A stretch of DNA of 64,000 nt, from the NCBI GenBank assembly GCA_944358505.1, contig CALVRG010000027.1, positions 3,872-67,871 of the forward strand, written 5' to 3'. A model generated the notes under the pieces. That model was given only the letters and a program-made list of their open reading frames with translations, did not search any database and was not told the DNA's origin. Shown here piece after piece: positions 37,905 through 48,356 of the stretch (positions are counted from its first letter, which is position 1; every line of letters starts with the position of its first letter). The DNA is from an uncultured Bacilli bacterium (lineage in GTDB: Bacteria; Bacillota_I; Bacilli_A; RF39; UBA660). Both the position numbers and the translations under genes were made by a program.

Positions 37905-39881
37905 ATGGAACTTTTAGTACCAGCAGGCGATATAAATTCATTTTATGCTGCTTTGAATAATGGAGCAGATGCTATATATTTATCTGGTAAGATGTTTGGA
38001 GCAAGAAGTTATGCTAAAAACTTTACTGAAGAGGAATTGAAAACAGTTTTAAGATTAGGTAAGATTTATGGCGTTAAAATATATGTTACTATGAATACTT
38101 TAGTAAAGGAAAATGAAATAAAAGATTTCTTAAATGAAGTGGAATTTTTATATAATTTAGGAGTAGATGCAATATTAATGCAAGACTTTGGAATGATTTC
38201 TTTATGTCTAGAAAAGTATCCTAATCTTGTAATTCATGCTTCAACTCAAGTTAATAATAGTAGCTATGAAACTATAAAACTTTTGCACGAATTAGGAGTT
38301 AAAAGAGTAGTACTTCCAAGAGAAATGACAATAGATGAAATAAATAAAATAGATATTCCTATTGAGTTAGAAGTATTTATTCATGGAGCTTTATGCGTTA
38401 GTTATTCAGGTAACTGCCTATTTAGTTCTATGTTAGGAAATAGAAGTGGTAATAGAGGAGAATGTGTTGGAAGTTGTAGACTGCCATATAAATTATATAA
38501 AGAAGACAATTTAATAGATAAAGGTTATTTGTTATCTATGAAAGAGTTAAATGCTTCACTTGAAATAAAAAAACTTCCCTCAACTGTTACTAGTTTAAAA
38601 ATAGAAGGACGAATGAAAAGTGCCTCTTATGTAGGATTCATTACTAAATATTATCGTAAAATATTAGATAATAAAACAATTACTAAAGAAGATATAGATG
38701 ATTTAAAAAGTCTTTTTAATCGAAAGTTTACTAAAGGTCATCTGTTTAACGATGAAGATTTAATTAATAAAAGTAGTCCAAATCATTTAGGAAGTCATTT
38801 AGGAAAAGTAATAAATATAACTGATAATAGAATAAGAATAGAATTAGATGAAGAGTTATTACAGGGGGATGGTATTCGTTTTAAAGAAAGTAATAAAGGG
38901 ATGATTGTTAATTACTTATATAATTTAAAAGATGATTTAATAAACAAAGGAAATGCTAAACAAATAATTGAAATTGATAATAAAGTCAATCTAAATACTC
39001 TTGATGAAGTAAGAAAAACTACAAGTAAAAAACTAGAGATACAAGATTTTACTATTACTAAAAAAGTTCCTATCAATATAAAAGTCAAAGCAAAAATAGG
39101 AGAAAAATTTGTTTTAAGCTTTGATGATAAAGAAAATGTTGTTACATATACTGGTGATATTATTGAAAAATCAATTAATAATCCTATATCTAGAGAAAGA
39201 ATAATACTTCAATTAGAAAAATTGGGTAATACTCCATTTGTTGCTAAACATATAACATTTGATATAGATGATAATATTTTTATTAGAATAGGTGATTTAA
39301 ATATTGCAAGAAGAACATTATCTGAAAGATTAATAGGTAAAAGACTTAATAATTATAAAGAACCTGTTATTAATAACGTAACATATGAAAAGGTAATAAC
39401 TAATAACAAGATTAATACAAATGAGTATAACGAAATACAAAGAAATCCATTTTATCTTAAAAGAATATTAAGAGATAAAAGTATAGTTAGTAATTTATTT
39501 AGGCCGACGAAAGATGCAATTGCTTCATATCACTTAAATGTATTTAATTCATATACTGCTTACTATTTATATAAATTGGGATATAAAGGAGTAACTTTAT
39601 CAGTGGAATTGAACGAAAAAGAACTGAAAGATTTAATAGAAACTATTAGAGAAAAATTTGGTCAAATTCCCCTAATTATAAAAAATAAAGGACATGTTGA
39701 AGTGATGATTATTAAAGGAAATATTTTAAATATAGATATAAGCGAAAACTATACTTTAGTAAATATGAAAAATGATAAATTTAAAGTTTCCTATGATGGA
39801 AGATGTACACACATATACTCTAGTTATGAATTGAATTTGAATGAAAATAGCTTTAATTATGATAATATATACTTCATATAA
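37905..39881 (+). CDS. Peptidase U32 family protein (collagenase-like; RlhA/TrhP-type RNA hydroxylation family)
   Basis: N-terminal U32 signature (MELLVPAGDINSFYAALNNGADAIYLSG...ARSYAKNF...KIYVTMNTL), a conserved Cys cluster (CVSYSGNC...ECVGSCR), and a long C-terminal extension. 658 aa. Confidence 0.8.
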   Translation: MELLVPAGDINSFYAALNNGADAIYLSGKMFGARSYAKNFTEEELKTVLRLGKIYGVKIYVTMNTLVKENEIKDFLNEVEFLYNLGVDAILMQDFGMISLCLEKYPNLVIHASTQVNNSSYETIKLLHELGVKRVVLPREMTIDEINKIDIPIELEVFIHGALCVSYSGNCLFSSMLGNRSGNRGECVGSCRLPYKLYKEDNLIDKGYLLSMKELNASLEIKKLPSTVTSLKIEGRMKSASYVGFITKYYRKILDNKTITKEDIDDLKSLFNRKFTKGHLFNDEDLINKSSPNHLGSHLGKVINITDNRIRIELDEELLQGDGIRFKESNKGMIVNYLYNLKDDLINKGNAKQIIEIDNKVNLNTLDEVRKTTSKKLEIQDFTITKKVPINIKVKAKIGEKFVLSFDDKENVVTYTGDIIEKSINNPISRERIILQLEKLGNTPFVAKHITFDIDDNIFIRIGDLNIARRTLSERLIGKRLNNYKEPVINNVTYEKVITNNKINTNEYNEIQRNPFYLKRILRDKSIVSNLFRPTKDAIASYHLNVFNSYTAYYLYKLGYKGVTLSVELNEKELKDLIETIREKFGQIPLIIKNKGHVEVMIIKGNILNIDISENYTLVNMKNDKFKVSYDGRCTHIYSSYELNLNENSFNYDNIYFI

Positions 39882-39994
39882 CCTTAAATACCTTTTTGTT
39901 AAACACTATAAAGATAATCATCTAAATTTTATTAAAATTAAATAAATGACTAGTATTTTTTCTTTTTTTACCTTATACTAAAAAAGAAGATAGG

Positions 39995-41647
39995 GTGATT
40001 ATTGTGGTGCTAAAAGTGACAAATAAAGGGTTTTCATTGATAGAATTACTTGCAACTATAGTAATTTTAGGGGTACTAGTATCACTTGCATATATGGGAG
40101 TTAGTACTATATTAAACAAAAAAGATGAAAGTTACTATAATGCACAAAAAGATATGCTAAATTTAGCTGGAAAAGAATATTTTGTAGACTATAGAGAAAA
40201 ATTACCTAAAGATATTGGAGCTACTGCAACTGTTAAATTAAAAACTTTGATTGATGAAAAATACATTGATCCTATAAAAGATAAAAATGGTAATGATTGT
40301 AATTATGAAGAAAGTTTTGTAACAGTACAAAAAATAACAGAAAAAGATTATCAATATTATACAACACTAATTTGTGAAGATTATCAAATAACAACAGACA
40401 AAACAAAACCGGTTATAGAATTTAGCCCCAATACAAAATCAACAACTAAAACAATAACAATAAAAATGAGTATCACTGATAATGAAAGTGTTGCAAGTTA
40501 TAGATATGTAATAGAAAAAGATGGTGAAATTTATAAAGATAGTAACTATTTAAGTTATACTGGAGAAGTTACAATAAATTTAACAGAAGAAGGATTATAT
40601 GAAATATCAGGATATGCACTTGATACAAATGGCAATAAGCAAACTAAAAGGTCTGGTAAATATTCAATAAATGCAGGAATAGATTGTTCTTTAGTAAAAT
40701 TTACAAGTAATGTAAACGAAGAAACTTGGACTAATGAAGATATAAGTGTAGAAATAGAGGTGCCAGATAATACATATAAATGGGAATTAAGTAAAAGAGT
40801 AGATGGTGGGACTTACACAACAATAGATAGCTTTGTAGGTGCAACAAACAAAACTTATACATTAAATACTGAAGGAAAAAATCAATTAAAATTATTATTG
40901 TATGATAATGATGGTAATTCATGTGTTGCAACAACGGGTGAATACTATATAGATAAAACAGCGCCATCATGTCCTGCTTTTAGTGCCTCAGTTGCTGAAA
41001 AAACGTGGACAGATAAAAATATAACATTTAATTTTGGATTTACAAGTGATACAGTTAAATGGCGTTGGTACACAGGATATGTTGATTCCGATTGGACAGA
41101 TTGGGGCTATAAACCAATTACCACAAAGTCTGTTTCAATAAGTGGTGAAGGAGAAAGGACAATCAAACTAGTAGTATATGATCAAGCAGGGAATTCAAAT
41201 GAATGCTTTACTGATAAACAATATTATATTGATAAAACTCCAGATGGAATAGCAGGTGGCAATGCTGGGAAATGGATAGTTATTTACAAAAAAAGAAGCA
41301 GTTGTGATGCTTGGGCGGCTTGCGCTGGAAGTGTTTATGGAAATATAATTGGTAAATCAGATATATCATATAATGATGGAGAAATAACCATAGATTGGCA
41401 AGTAAAACAAGGATCGGCAACTTGGATAGGACCAGGCTATTATGTAAACCTAGTTATTTATAAAAATGGTTCTGTATATAAAACATACTATTTAAAAACG
41501 TCAAATGGTACCACTTGGGCTTTGGGATCAACTCATAAAGGAACAAAAACATTTACTGCTGATTTTGGAACATACATTATACGTTTAAAAGGTAATTCGA
41601 CATATCCAAATTTCGATGCCAATTTAGGACAAATTACTATTAGTTAA
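39995..41647 (+). CDS. Large type IV prepilin-like protein with a class-III signal peptide and repeated Trp-rich beta domains
   Basis: The N-terminus ...KVTNKG/FSLIELLATIVILGVLVSLAYMG has the prepilin peptidase site G|FxxxE followed by a hydrophobic helix. The likely start is GTG 40007, giving MLKVTNKG. The C-terminal 480 aa or so contain internal repeats (ETWTNEDISVEI...YYIDKTAP and KTWTDKNITFNF...YYIDKTPD). Confidence 0.6.
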   Translation: MIIVVLKVTNKGFSLIELLATIVILGVLVSLAYMGVSTILNKKDESYYNAQKDMLNLAGKEYFVDYREKLPKDIGATATVKLKTLIDEKYIDPIKDKNGNDCNYEESFVTVQKITEKDYQYYTTLICEDYQITTDKTKPVIEFSPNTKSTTKTITIKMSITDNESVASYRYVIEKDGEIYKDSNYLSYTGEVTINLTEEGLYEISGYALDTNGNKQTKRSGKYSINAGIDCSLVKFTSNVNEETWTNEDISVEIEVPDNTYKWELSKRVDGGTYTTIDSFVGATNKTYTLNTEGKNQLKLLLYDNDGNSCVATTGEYYIDKTAPSCPAFSASVAEKTWTDKNITFNFGFTSDTVKWRWYTGYVDSDWTDWGYKPITTKSVSISGEGERTIKLVVYDQAGNSNECFTDKQYYIDKTPDGIAGGNAGKWIVIYKKRSSCDAWAACAGSVYGNIIGKSDISYNDGEITIDWQVKQGSATWIGPGYYVNLVIYKNGSVYKTYYLKTSNGTTWALGSTHKGTKTFTADFGTYIIRLKGNSTYPNFDANLGQITIS

Positions 41648-41663
41648 TTAAAAGGTGATTGTT

Positions 41664-42449
41664 ATGAATATAAAAAACAAAATATTAGTATTTGTGTTGA
41701 TCATAATAGCAATAACATTAATGAGTATTGGAACATTATTATTATTTAGTGAAAAAAATGATAATAAATCTTCTTTTGTAAATACAGCTACCAAATATTT
41801 AGAAAAACTAACTGATGAAATAATAAATGGTACTAATAAAAACAATTTAATGAAATTATTAAGATTAGAAACAATAACAGAAAGTGAGATTATGACAGGA
41901 GATAATATGTATTTGGTATCTAATTTTACAGAAGAACAAGTAAATATGTATAATTTATCAAGTTACATACAAGCTAGTGAAATATTAAGAGAAAATTTAG
42001 AAAAACAAATACAAACTAATTTTTCGTATAAGATAAAATCAATAGAAAAAAAACATAATAACACAATTGTTACTATCTCTTATAAAGCCTTTAATTACAA
42101 TTCATATTTTAATGATTTAGGGGTACTAGAAGGAGAATTATTAACTCTAGCAGGATATGATTTAAACAATTTAGAAGAATCTGATAAAGTATTGACTGAT
42201 ATATATAAAGCTAAAATTAAAAGTGCTAGTATATTAAATAATTATTTAGATAGATATAAAAATAATGATAAATTAACAACAACTATTAAATTTGTAAATA
42301 ATAATATTGATGATAGTAGTGAAGAATTACTTAATTATTTTTATAGTTTAAAAGGTTATAATTATGAAATGATAAATTTAACTGGAGATTCTGAATTTTT
42401 AAATATAATCCTAAAAAATATAAATTTAATAGACCCATTGTCTATTTAA
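41664..42449 (+). CDS. Hypothetical membrane-anchored protein co-transcribed with the prepilin-like gene
   Basis: The ATG at 41664 has AAAGGTGA upstream and begins 17 nt after the upstream stop. One N-terminal TM helix, then about 230 aa extracytoplasmic. Confidence 0.35.
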   Translation: MNIKNKILVFVLIIIAITLMSIGTLLLFSEKNDNKSSFVNTATKYLEKLTDEIINGTNKNNLMKLLRLETITESEIMTGDNMYLVSNFTEEQVNMYNLSSYIQASEILRENLEKQIQTNFSYKIKSIEKKHNNTIVTISYKAFNYNSYFNDLGVLEGELLTLAGYDLNNLEESDKVLTDIYKAKIKSASILNNYLDRYKNNDKLTTTIKFVNNNIDDSSEELLNYFYSLKGYNYEMINLTGDSEFLNIILKNINLIDPLSI

Positions 42450-42462
42450 AAATTGAATTAAA

Positions 42463-42497
42463 AGATTTTACTAATATATAGTAGAATCTTTTTTTTC
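42463..42497 (+). terminator. Rho-independent terminator
   Basis: agattttacta-atata-tagtagaatct hairpin with one mismatch, followed by a T8 run. Confidence 0.55.
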
Positions 42498-42651
42498 TAA
42501 CTATTAGAAAATTACTGAAATGACTATATTAATTTAAAACCTACTTATTAAAAATAATATTTATTATAATAATTTTATATGAATAGTAATAACGTTTACT
42601 TTTTTTAAGATTGAATATGTGTTATAATAGCAAAAGAGAAAGGAAGATATT

Positions 42652-42945
42652 ATGGATAAATTAAGTAAAGAAGAAGTATTACATGTTGCTCATCTAGCTC
42701 GTATTTCTTTAACAGAAGAAGAAATTGAGAAGTTTAGAATCCAACTTAAAGTATTAATGGATGATATAGATAAAATTAAAGATGTCAAAGATTGTGATAC
42801 TGAATTTATGTACACTCCAATTGAATTTAATGCTAAATTAAGAGAAGATAGAGTAGGGAGCATGTTAGATGCAAAAGAATCCACTTTAAATGCTCCTAAG
42901 AAAAATGGAAATTTTATTGAAGTACCGGTGATGATATATGAATAA
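42652..42945 (+). CDS. gatC: Asp/Glu-tRNA amidotransferase subunit C
   Basis: A 97-aa product with the conserved GatC N-terminus (VLHVAHLARISLTEEEIEKF). It is upstream of gatA/gatB with overlapping stops and starts. Confidence 0.85.
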   Translation: MDKLSKEEVLHVAHLARISLTEEEIEKFRIQLKVLMDDIDKIKDVKDCDTEFMYTPIEFNAKLREDRVGSMLDAKESTLNAPKKNGNFIEVPVMIYE

Positions 42946-44365
42946 ATATTTAGACTTAAGTATAAATGAAATACATGAGTTATTAGTAAAAAAAGAAATA
43001 ACTCCCCTTGATTTAGTAAAAGAAGCATTAGAAAGAATAGAAGAAAATAAGGATTTAAATGCTTTTATTACGATAAATGATAAAGTAATAGAAGAAGCTA
43101 AAAACTTAGGAGAAGTTGATAAAGATAATTTATTTTTTGGTATTCCTATTGCTGTTAAGGATAACATTGTAACTAAAGGATTAAGAACAACCTGTGCTTC
43201 CGATATTTTGGACAACTTTATACCTATATATGATGCTACTATTGTAAAAAAAATAAAAAATAATAAGATGTTAATTATCGGTAAAGCCAATATGGATGAA
43301 TTTGCTATGGGTTCTACTAGTGAAACTAGTTACTTTGGAACACCATTAAATCCAATAGATAAAACTAGAACATCTGGTGGAAGTTCAGGGGGGAGTGCTA
43401 GTGCTGTTTCAGCAAATCTTGTTCCTCTTGCTCTTGGTAGTGATACAGGTGGAAGTATTAGGCAACCAGCTAGTTATACAGGAATTGTTGGAATGAAACC
43501 AACATATGGCAGAATATCACGCTATGGTCTTGTTGCTTTTGCTTCGAGTCTTGATCAGATAGGACCAATGACTAGAACAGTTTATGAAAATGCTGCTTTA
43601 CTTAATATATTAGTCGGTGAAGATGAGTTTGATTTGACAAGTGCAAAAAAAGAGCCTGAGGATTTTACAAGATTAATTGGTGAAAAAATTACTGGAATGA
43701 AAATTGCTTTACCTAAATTCTTTATTAGTGAAATAGTAGATAAAGAAATAAGGAATAAAATTAAAGAAATAGTTTCCTTGTTAAAAGAAAATGGTGCGAT
43801 AGTTGATATTATAGATATGTCATATTTAGATACAGCAGTAAATCTTTACCAGATAATTGCTATGGCTGAAGCTAGTAGTAATTTAGCACGTTTTGATGGA
43901 GTCCGTTATGGTTTTAGAAATAATAATGCTAAAACTATCGATGAAATGTATGAAACAACAAGAGGACTAGGATTTGGTGATGAAGTCAAAAGAAGAATAA
44001 TGGTTGGCTCATACATATTAAGTGGTGCTAATGCTAAAACATATTATGACAAAGCATTAATGGTAAGAGATGATATCAAGAAAGAATTTGATCGTGTATT
44101 TAAAAAATATGATTTAATAATAGGACCAACTACTACAAGAGTTGCACCATTACTTGGAACATCAAAAGATGATCCTCATAAAGCATTTATGGATGATGTT
44201 TTAGTAATACCAGTTAACATGGCAGGTCTTCCTGGTTTGTCTGTACCAGCTGGCACTAATGATAAAGGATTACCTATAGGACTACATATTATTGGTAAAG
44301 CGTTTGATGAAGCTACTATTTATAAACTAGCAAGTTATATAGAGGAGGCGGTTACTAATGAGTAA
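42938..44365 (+). CDS. gatA: Asp/Glu-tRNA amidotransferase subunit A (amidase)
   Basis: Amidase signature (GGSSGGSASAVSANLVPLALGSDTGGSIRQPAS). 475 aa. Confidence 0.9.
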   Translation: MNKYLDLSINEIHELLVKKEITPLDLVKEALERIEENKDLNAFITINDKVIEEAKNLGEVDKDNLFFGIPIAVKDNIVTKGLRTTCASDILDNFIPIYDATIVKKIKNNKMLIIGKANMDEFAMGSTSETSYFGTPLNPIDKTRTSGGSSGGSASAVSANLVPLALGSDTGGSIRQPASYTGIVGMKPTYGRISRYGLVAFASSLDQIGPMTRTVYENAALLNILVGEDEFDLTSAKKEPEDFTRLIGEKITGMKIALPKFFISEIVDKEIRNKIKEIVSLLKENGAIVDIIDMSYLDTAVNLYQIIAMAEASSNLARFDGVRYGFRNNNAKTIDEMYETTRGLGFGDEVKRRIMVGSYILSGANAKTYYDKALMVRDDIKKEFDRVFKKYDLIIGPTTTRVAPLLGTSKDDPHKAFMDDVLVIPVNMAGLPGLSVPAGTNDKGLPIGLHIIGKAFDEATIYKLASYIEEAVTNE

Positions 44366-45776
44366 TTATATTCCAACGATTGGTATTGAAGTACACGTTG
44401 AAGTAAAAAGTAAAAGTAAACTATTCTCAAATAGTGCAAATTCATATGGTATGGCAACAAATAGTGCAGTTAATGTAATCGACTTAGGATATCCAGGAGT
44501 ACTTCCTACTTTAAATAAAGAAATAATAAGACAAGGAATAAGAACAGCGCATATTCTTAATTGTAAGATTACTAAAAAAATGCATTTTGATCGTAAAAAT
44601 TATTTTTATCCAGATAATCCTAAAAATTATCAGATAACTCAAAACAGAACACCTATAGGAACTGATGGTTATGTAGAAATAGAAGTAGATGGAATTAAGA
44701 AAAAAATAGGAATAGAAGAGTTACATATTGAAGAAGATACTTGTAAAAGTGCCCATCGAGGGAATGTAAGTTTACTTGATTTTAATAGAGCAGGGGTTCC
44801 TTTAATAGAAATAGTTACTAAACCATGCATTAGTAATAGTAAAGAAGCTATGGCTTATCTAACAAAATTAAAAGAATTACTTTTTTATGCTAATATTAGT
44901 GATTGTAAGATGGAAGAAGGAAGTATGAGATGTGATACTAATGTTTCTATAAGTAAAAGTGAAGTTTATGGAACAAGGACAGAAATCAAGAATATTAGTT
45001 CCATTCACAATGTAGGACTAGCCATAGAAAAAGAAATATTAAGACAAGAAAAAGTTTTAGATGAAGGTGGTAAAATAGAGGAGGAAACAAGAAGATTTGA
45101 TGACAAATTAGGAGAAACGATTCTTATGCGTGTCAAAGAGACAGGCAACGATTATCGCTACTTTATTGAACCGGATATTCCTTATCTAGAATTAACTGAT
45201 CAATTTATTGAAGAATCAATAAAAGCACTTCCTTTATTACCAGATGAATTAAGAGAAAAATATAATAAGGCAGGTCTTAACTCCTTACAAATAGAAAAAA
45301 TAATTGCAAATCGTTCTTTAAATGACTATTTTTTAGGATTATTAAATTATAAGACTAATTATGCTATTGCTGTAAACTTACTCTTATCTGATATTTCTTC
45401 ATACTTAAATAAACATAATAAATTAATTACTGATACAAAATTAACTTATGAAAAATTAGCAAATATAATTTCAAGTCTTGAAAGTGGTGAAATATCTAAT
45501 AAAAATATTAAGGAACTTATTCCATCACTAATGGAAAATGATAAAACACTAGAAAATTTAAAAGAAGAGTTCAATATAAAAAACATTACAGATGATACAT
45601 ATATTAAAGATATCATTAATAAAGTCATAAATAATAATCAAAATAGTGTAGATGATTATAAAAACGGACATGATAGAGCCCTAAAGTTTTTAATGGGCCA
45701 AGTAATGAAAGAAACTAAAGGTAGTGTTAATCCTAAAATAGCAAGTGATATGCTAATAAGAGAATTAAATAAATGA
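44358..45776 (+). CDS. gatB: Asp/Glu-tRNA amidotransferase subunit B
   Basis: GatB N-terminus (IGIEVHVE...), a 472-aa product, and a C-terminal YqeY-like domain. Confidence 0.9.
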   Translation: MSNYIPTIGIEVHVEVKSKSKLFSNSANSYGMATNSAVNVIDLGYPGVLPTLNKEIIRQGIRTAHILNCKITKKMHFDRKNYFYPDNPKNYQITQNRTPIGTDGYVEIEVDGIKKKIGIEELHIEEDTCKSAHRGNVSLLDFNRAGVPLIEIVTKPCISNSKEAMAYLTKLKELLFYANISDCKMEEGSMRCDTNVSISKSEVYGTRTEIKNISSIHNVGLAIEKEILRQEKVLDEGGKIEEETRRFDDKLGETILMRVKETGNDYRYFIEPDIPYLELTDQFIEESIKALPLLPDELREKYNKAGLNSLQIEKIIANRSLNDYFLGLLNYKTNYAIAVNLLLSDISSYLNKHNKLITDTKLTYEKLANIISSLESGEISNKNIKELIPSLMENDKTLENLKEEFNIKNITDDTYIKDIINKVINNNQNSVDDYKNGHDRALKFLMGQVMKETKGSVNPKIASDMLIRELNK

Positions 45777-45828
45777 TTGATAACTAACTGATAATATTAT
45801 ATAATGAATATACTAGGGAAGTGATAAA

Positions 45829-46284
45829 ATGATAAAATTTATTAAAAATAACAAGATTATGACTATTGCCTTTATATGCTGTATAATATTTGTAGCTTTA
45901 GTTTATTTTATAAAACTAAATTTTTTTCCAAATGAATCAAAGGCTTTATATGGTGATAGATTGGATGGAATTGAAGAAGTAGAAATAACTAGCAAGGAAC
46001 AAAATAAAATAGAATCTTCACTAAAAGATAAAGATGAGGTTAAAGATGTATCTTGTTCTACACAAGGAAGAATTTTAAATACAATAATTACAATTAAAGA
46101 TGATGTAGAATTAGACTCTGCTAAAGCATTAGCACAAACTATTATAGATAATCTAAATGAAGACCAAATTAGTTATTATGATATTCAAGTATTTATAAAT
46201 AAAAATAATGATGATACAAGATTTCCTATTATAGGGTATAAGCATCAAGATAAAGATGAATTTAATTGGACTAAAGATAGATAG
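45829..46284 (+). CDS. Hypothetical membrane-anchored protein
   Basis: One N-terminal TM helix and a roughly 110-aa extracytoplasmic domain. It is the first gene of an apparent three-gene operon with the GGDEF and YihY genes. Confidence 0.3.
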   Translation: MIKFIKNNKIMTIAFICCIIFVALVYFIKLNFFPNESKALYGDRLDGIEEVEITSKEQNKIESSLKDKDEVKDVSCSTQGRILNTIITIKDDVELDSAKALAQTIIDNLNEDQISYYDIQVFINKNNDDTRFPIIGYKHQDKDEFNWTKDR

Positions 46285-46292
46285 GAGATACC

Positions 46293-48347
46293 ATGAATAA
46301 AAAAGCATTAATAATTTTTCCAATTTTTGTTGTTGCAATAGTTTTTATAGGTGTTTTTATATATTATAATAAGGAAGATGCTAAAACATCTTTGACTGTC
46401 AATGAAAAAAAATGGGTAGAAGAAAATGATACAAAAATGATTGATATAAATGTTGTTAATGATTATCCGTTATATGGTCTTAATGGAGAGGGTGTATTTT
46501 TTTCTTTTTTAAATGACTTTGAACAAAATGTTGGTTTAGAATTTAATAAAATAGCATATTCAAAAGATGATAATTTAAAAGAAAGTAATAGCTATAGCTT
46601 TAGAATTATAAACAATGAAGACGAATTAACTAATAATGATTTACTTATTGCAACAGATGGATATATTGCTATTGGCAAAGAATATAGTCGTATTAATAGA
46701 GTTTCTGAAATGGCTAATATTACATTTGGAGTATTTAACGAAGATACCGCAGAGATTAGTTATTATCTAAAGTCAGGTAAAAATCTTGCTTTCAAATCAT
46801 ATGATACCATAGATGAATTATTTAAAGCCTTGGATAATGATGAAGTAAATATGATTATCATTCCAAATATAATGTATTTAAATAAAACTATTGAAAACAA
46901 TAATTATTTTATAAATTATTATTTTACAGAAATGTCTAAAAAAATAGTTTTAACCCTTAGTAATGATAAAGCAAATGCTAGACTTAACTCTATCATAAAA
47001 AAATATTTTATAAAGTGGAAAAACGATAACTATGTAGATGAATATAATAATATTTATTTTGACTATTATATTACAGAAAATAAAGTATCATCTGAAGATG
47101 ATAGGGATTTAGTTAAAAAGAATTATGTTTATGGTTATGTTGAAAATTATCCATACGAAGTAGAAATTGATGGTAAAGTTTCAGGTATTGCTGGTGAATA
47201 TTTAAATAGAATGAGTCGTCTTACTGATATAAGCTTTGCATACAAAAAATATAGTAGTAAAGAAGCATTAAGAAAGGCGATTGAAAAAGGCGATGTTGAT
47301 ATATATTTTGATTACTATAATTTTGCAAGTGTTAACAAAGACTATAAAGAAACTATCTCTACCTTTGTAGAAGATTACGTTATCTTAGGTAAGAGAAAAG
47401 ATAATCATATTGTTAATTCTTTTGAAAGTATAAAAGATGAAGATATCGCTATGATTGGTAATACTTCACTATATGATTATTTTGAAAATAATAGTCGTAG
47501 TGATATAACTATCTATGATACAAATGAAGATTTAGTAGAAAATGCAAATAATAAAATGATAGTAGTAGATAAAGAAGTATATAATTTATATAAAAATACT
47601 ACTTTTAAAGATTATGATATTTTATATCAAGACACTATGATGAATGATTATAAGTTTATGGTAAAAAATAATAATAGTACTTTCTACAATCTATTTAATT
47701 ATATAATTACGACTAACTCATATTACAATTATCGTAATAATGGTTTAGCAGATATTAATAGATCAATAGTTGAAAGAAGTAGCTTTATGGGCTTATTCAT
47801 TATTATTTTAATAATTGTTTCTATACCATTAATAGCATTAACAATTCTTTATCTATATTTGAAAAGAAAAAGAAAAATTAAAAAAGTAAGAAAAGAAGAT
47901 CGCCATAAATATACGGATTTATTAACATCTTTAAAAAATAGAAATTATTTAAATAAAAAAGCTCCAGAATGGGAAAATAGTAAAGTATTTCCTCAAGCTG
48001 TAGTTATAATAGATTTAAATAATGTCAAATATGTTAATGATAACTATGGGCACGAAGAAGGAGATAAACTAATAGTAACAGCAGCTTCAACTCTAGTTAA
48101 TACCCAACTTGAAAATAGTGAAATAATTAGAACAGATGGTAATGAGTTTTTGGTTTATCTAGTTGGTTATAGTGAAAGACAAGTTGAAACATATGCTAAA
48201 AAGATAGAAAAAGAAATGAAAAGTTTGCCACATGACTTTGGAGCTAGTGTTGGCTATAGTATGATAGAAGATGATATTAAAACACTTGATGATGCAATTA
48301 ATGAAGCAACACTTGAAATGATGACAAGAAAGCAAGGATTAAAGTAG
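46293..48347 (+). CDS. Membrane protein with a large extracytoplasmic domain and a C-terminal degenerate GGDEF domain
   Basis: A TM helix, about 480 aa extracytoplasmic, a second TM helix, then a GGDEF fold (VVIIDLNNVKYVNDNYGHEEGDKLI). The signature is RTDGNEF instead of RxGG(D/E)EF. Confidence 0.65.
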   Translation: MNKKALIIFPIFVVAIVFIGVFIYYNKEDAKTSLTVNEKKWVEENDTKMIDINVVNDYPLYGLNGEGVFFSFLNDFEQNVGLEFNKIAYSKDDNLKESNSYSFRIINNEDELTNNDLLIATDGYIAIGKEYSRINRVSEMANITFGVFNEDTAEISYYLKSGKNLAFKSYDTIDELFKALDNDEVNMIIIPNIMYLNKTIENNNYFINYYFTEMSKKIVLTLSNDKANARLNSIIKKYFIKWKNDNYVDEYNNIYFDYYITENKVSSEDDRDLVKKNYVYGYVENYPYEVEIDGKVSGIAGEYLNRMSRLTDISFAYKKYSSKEALRKAIEKGDVDIYFDYYNFASVNKDYKETISTFVEDYVILGKRKDNHIVNSFESIKDEDIAMIGNTSLYDYFENNSRSDITIYDTNEDLVENANNKMIVVDKEVYNLYKNTTFKDYDILYQDTMMNDYKFMVKNNNSTFYNLFNYIITTNSYYNYRNNGLADINRSIVERSSFMGLFIIILIIVSIPLIALTILYLYLKRKRKIKKVRKEDRHKYTDLLTSLKNRNYLNKKAPEWENSKVFPQAVVIIDLNNVKYVNDNYGHEEGDKLIVTAASTLVNTQLENSEIIRTDGNEFLVYLVGYSERQVETYAKKIEKEMKSLPHDFGASVGYSMIEDDIKTLDDAINEATLEMMTRKQGLK

Positions 48348-48356
48348 GAGATTGTA

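Noticed and set aside
46293-48347. Active diguanylate cyclase
   Set aside because: The GG(D/E)EF signature reads DGNEF, with the first Gly replaced by Asp and the acidic residue by Asn, so I described it as degenerate rather than as a cyclase.
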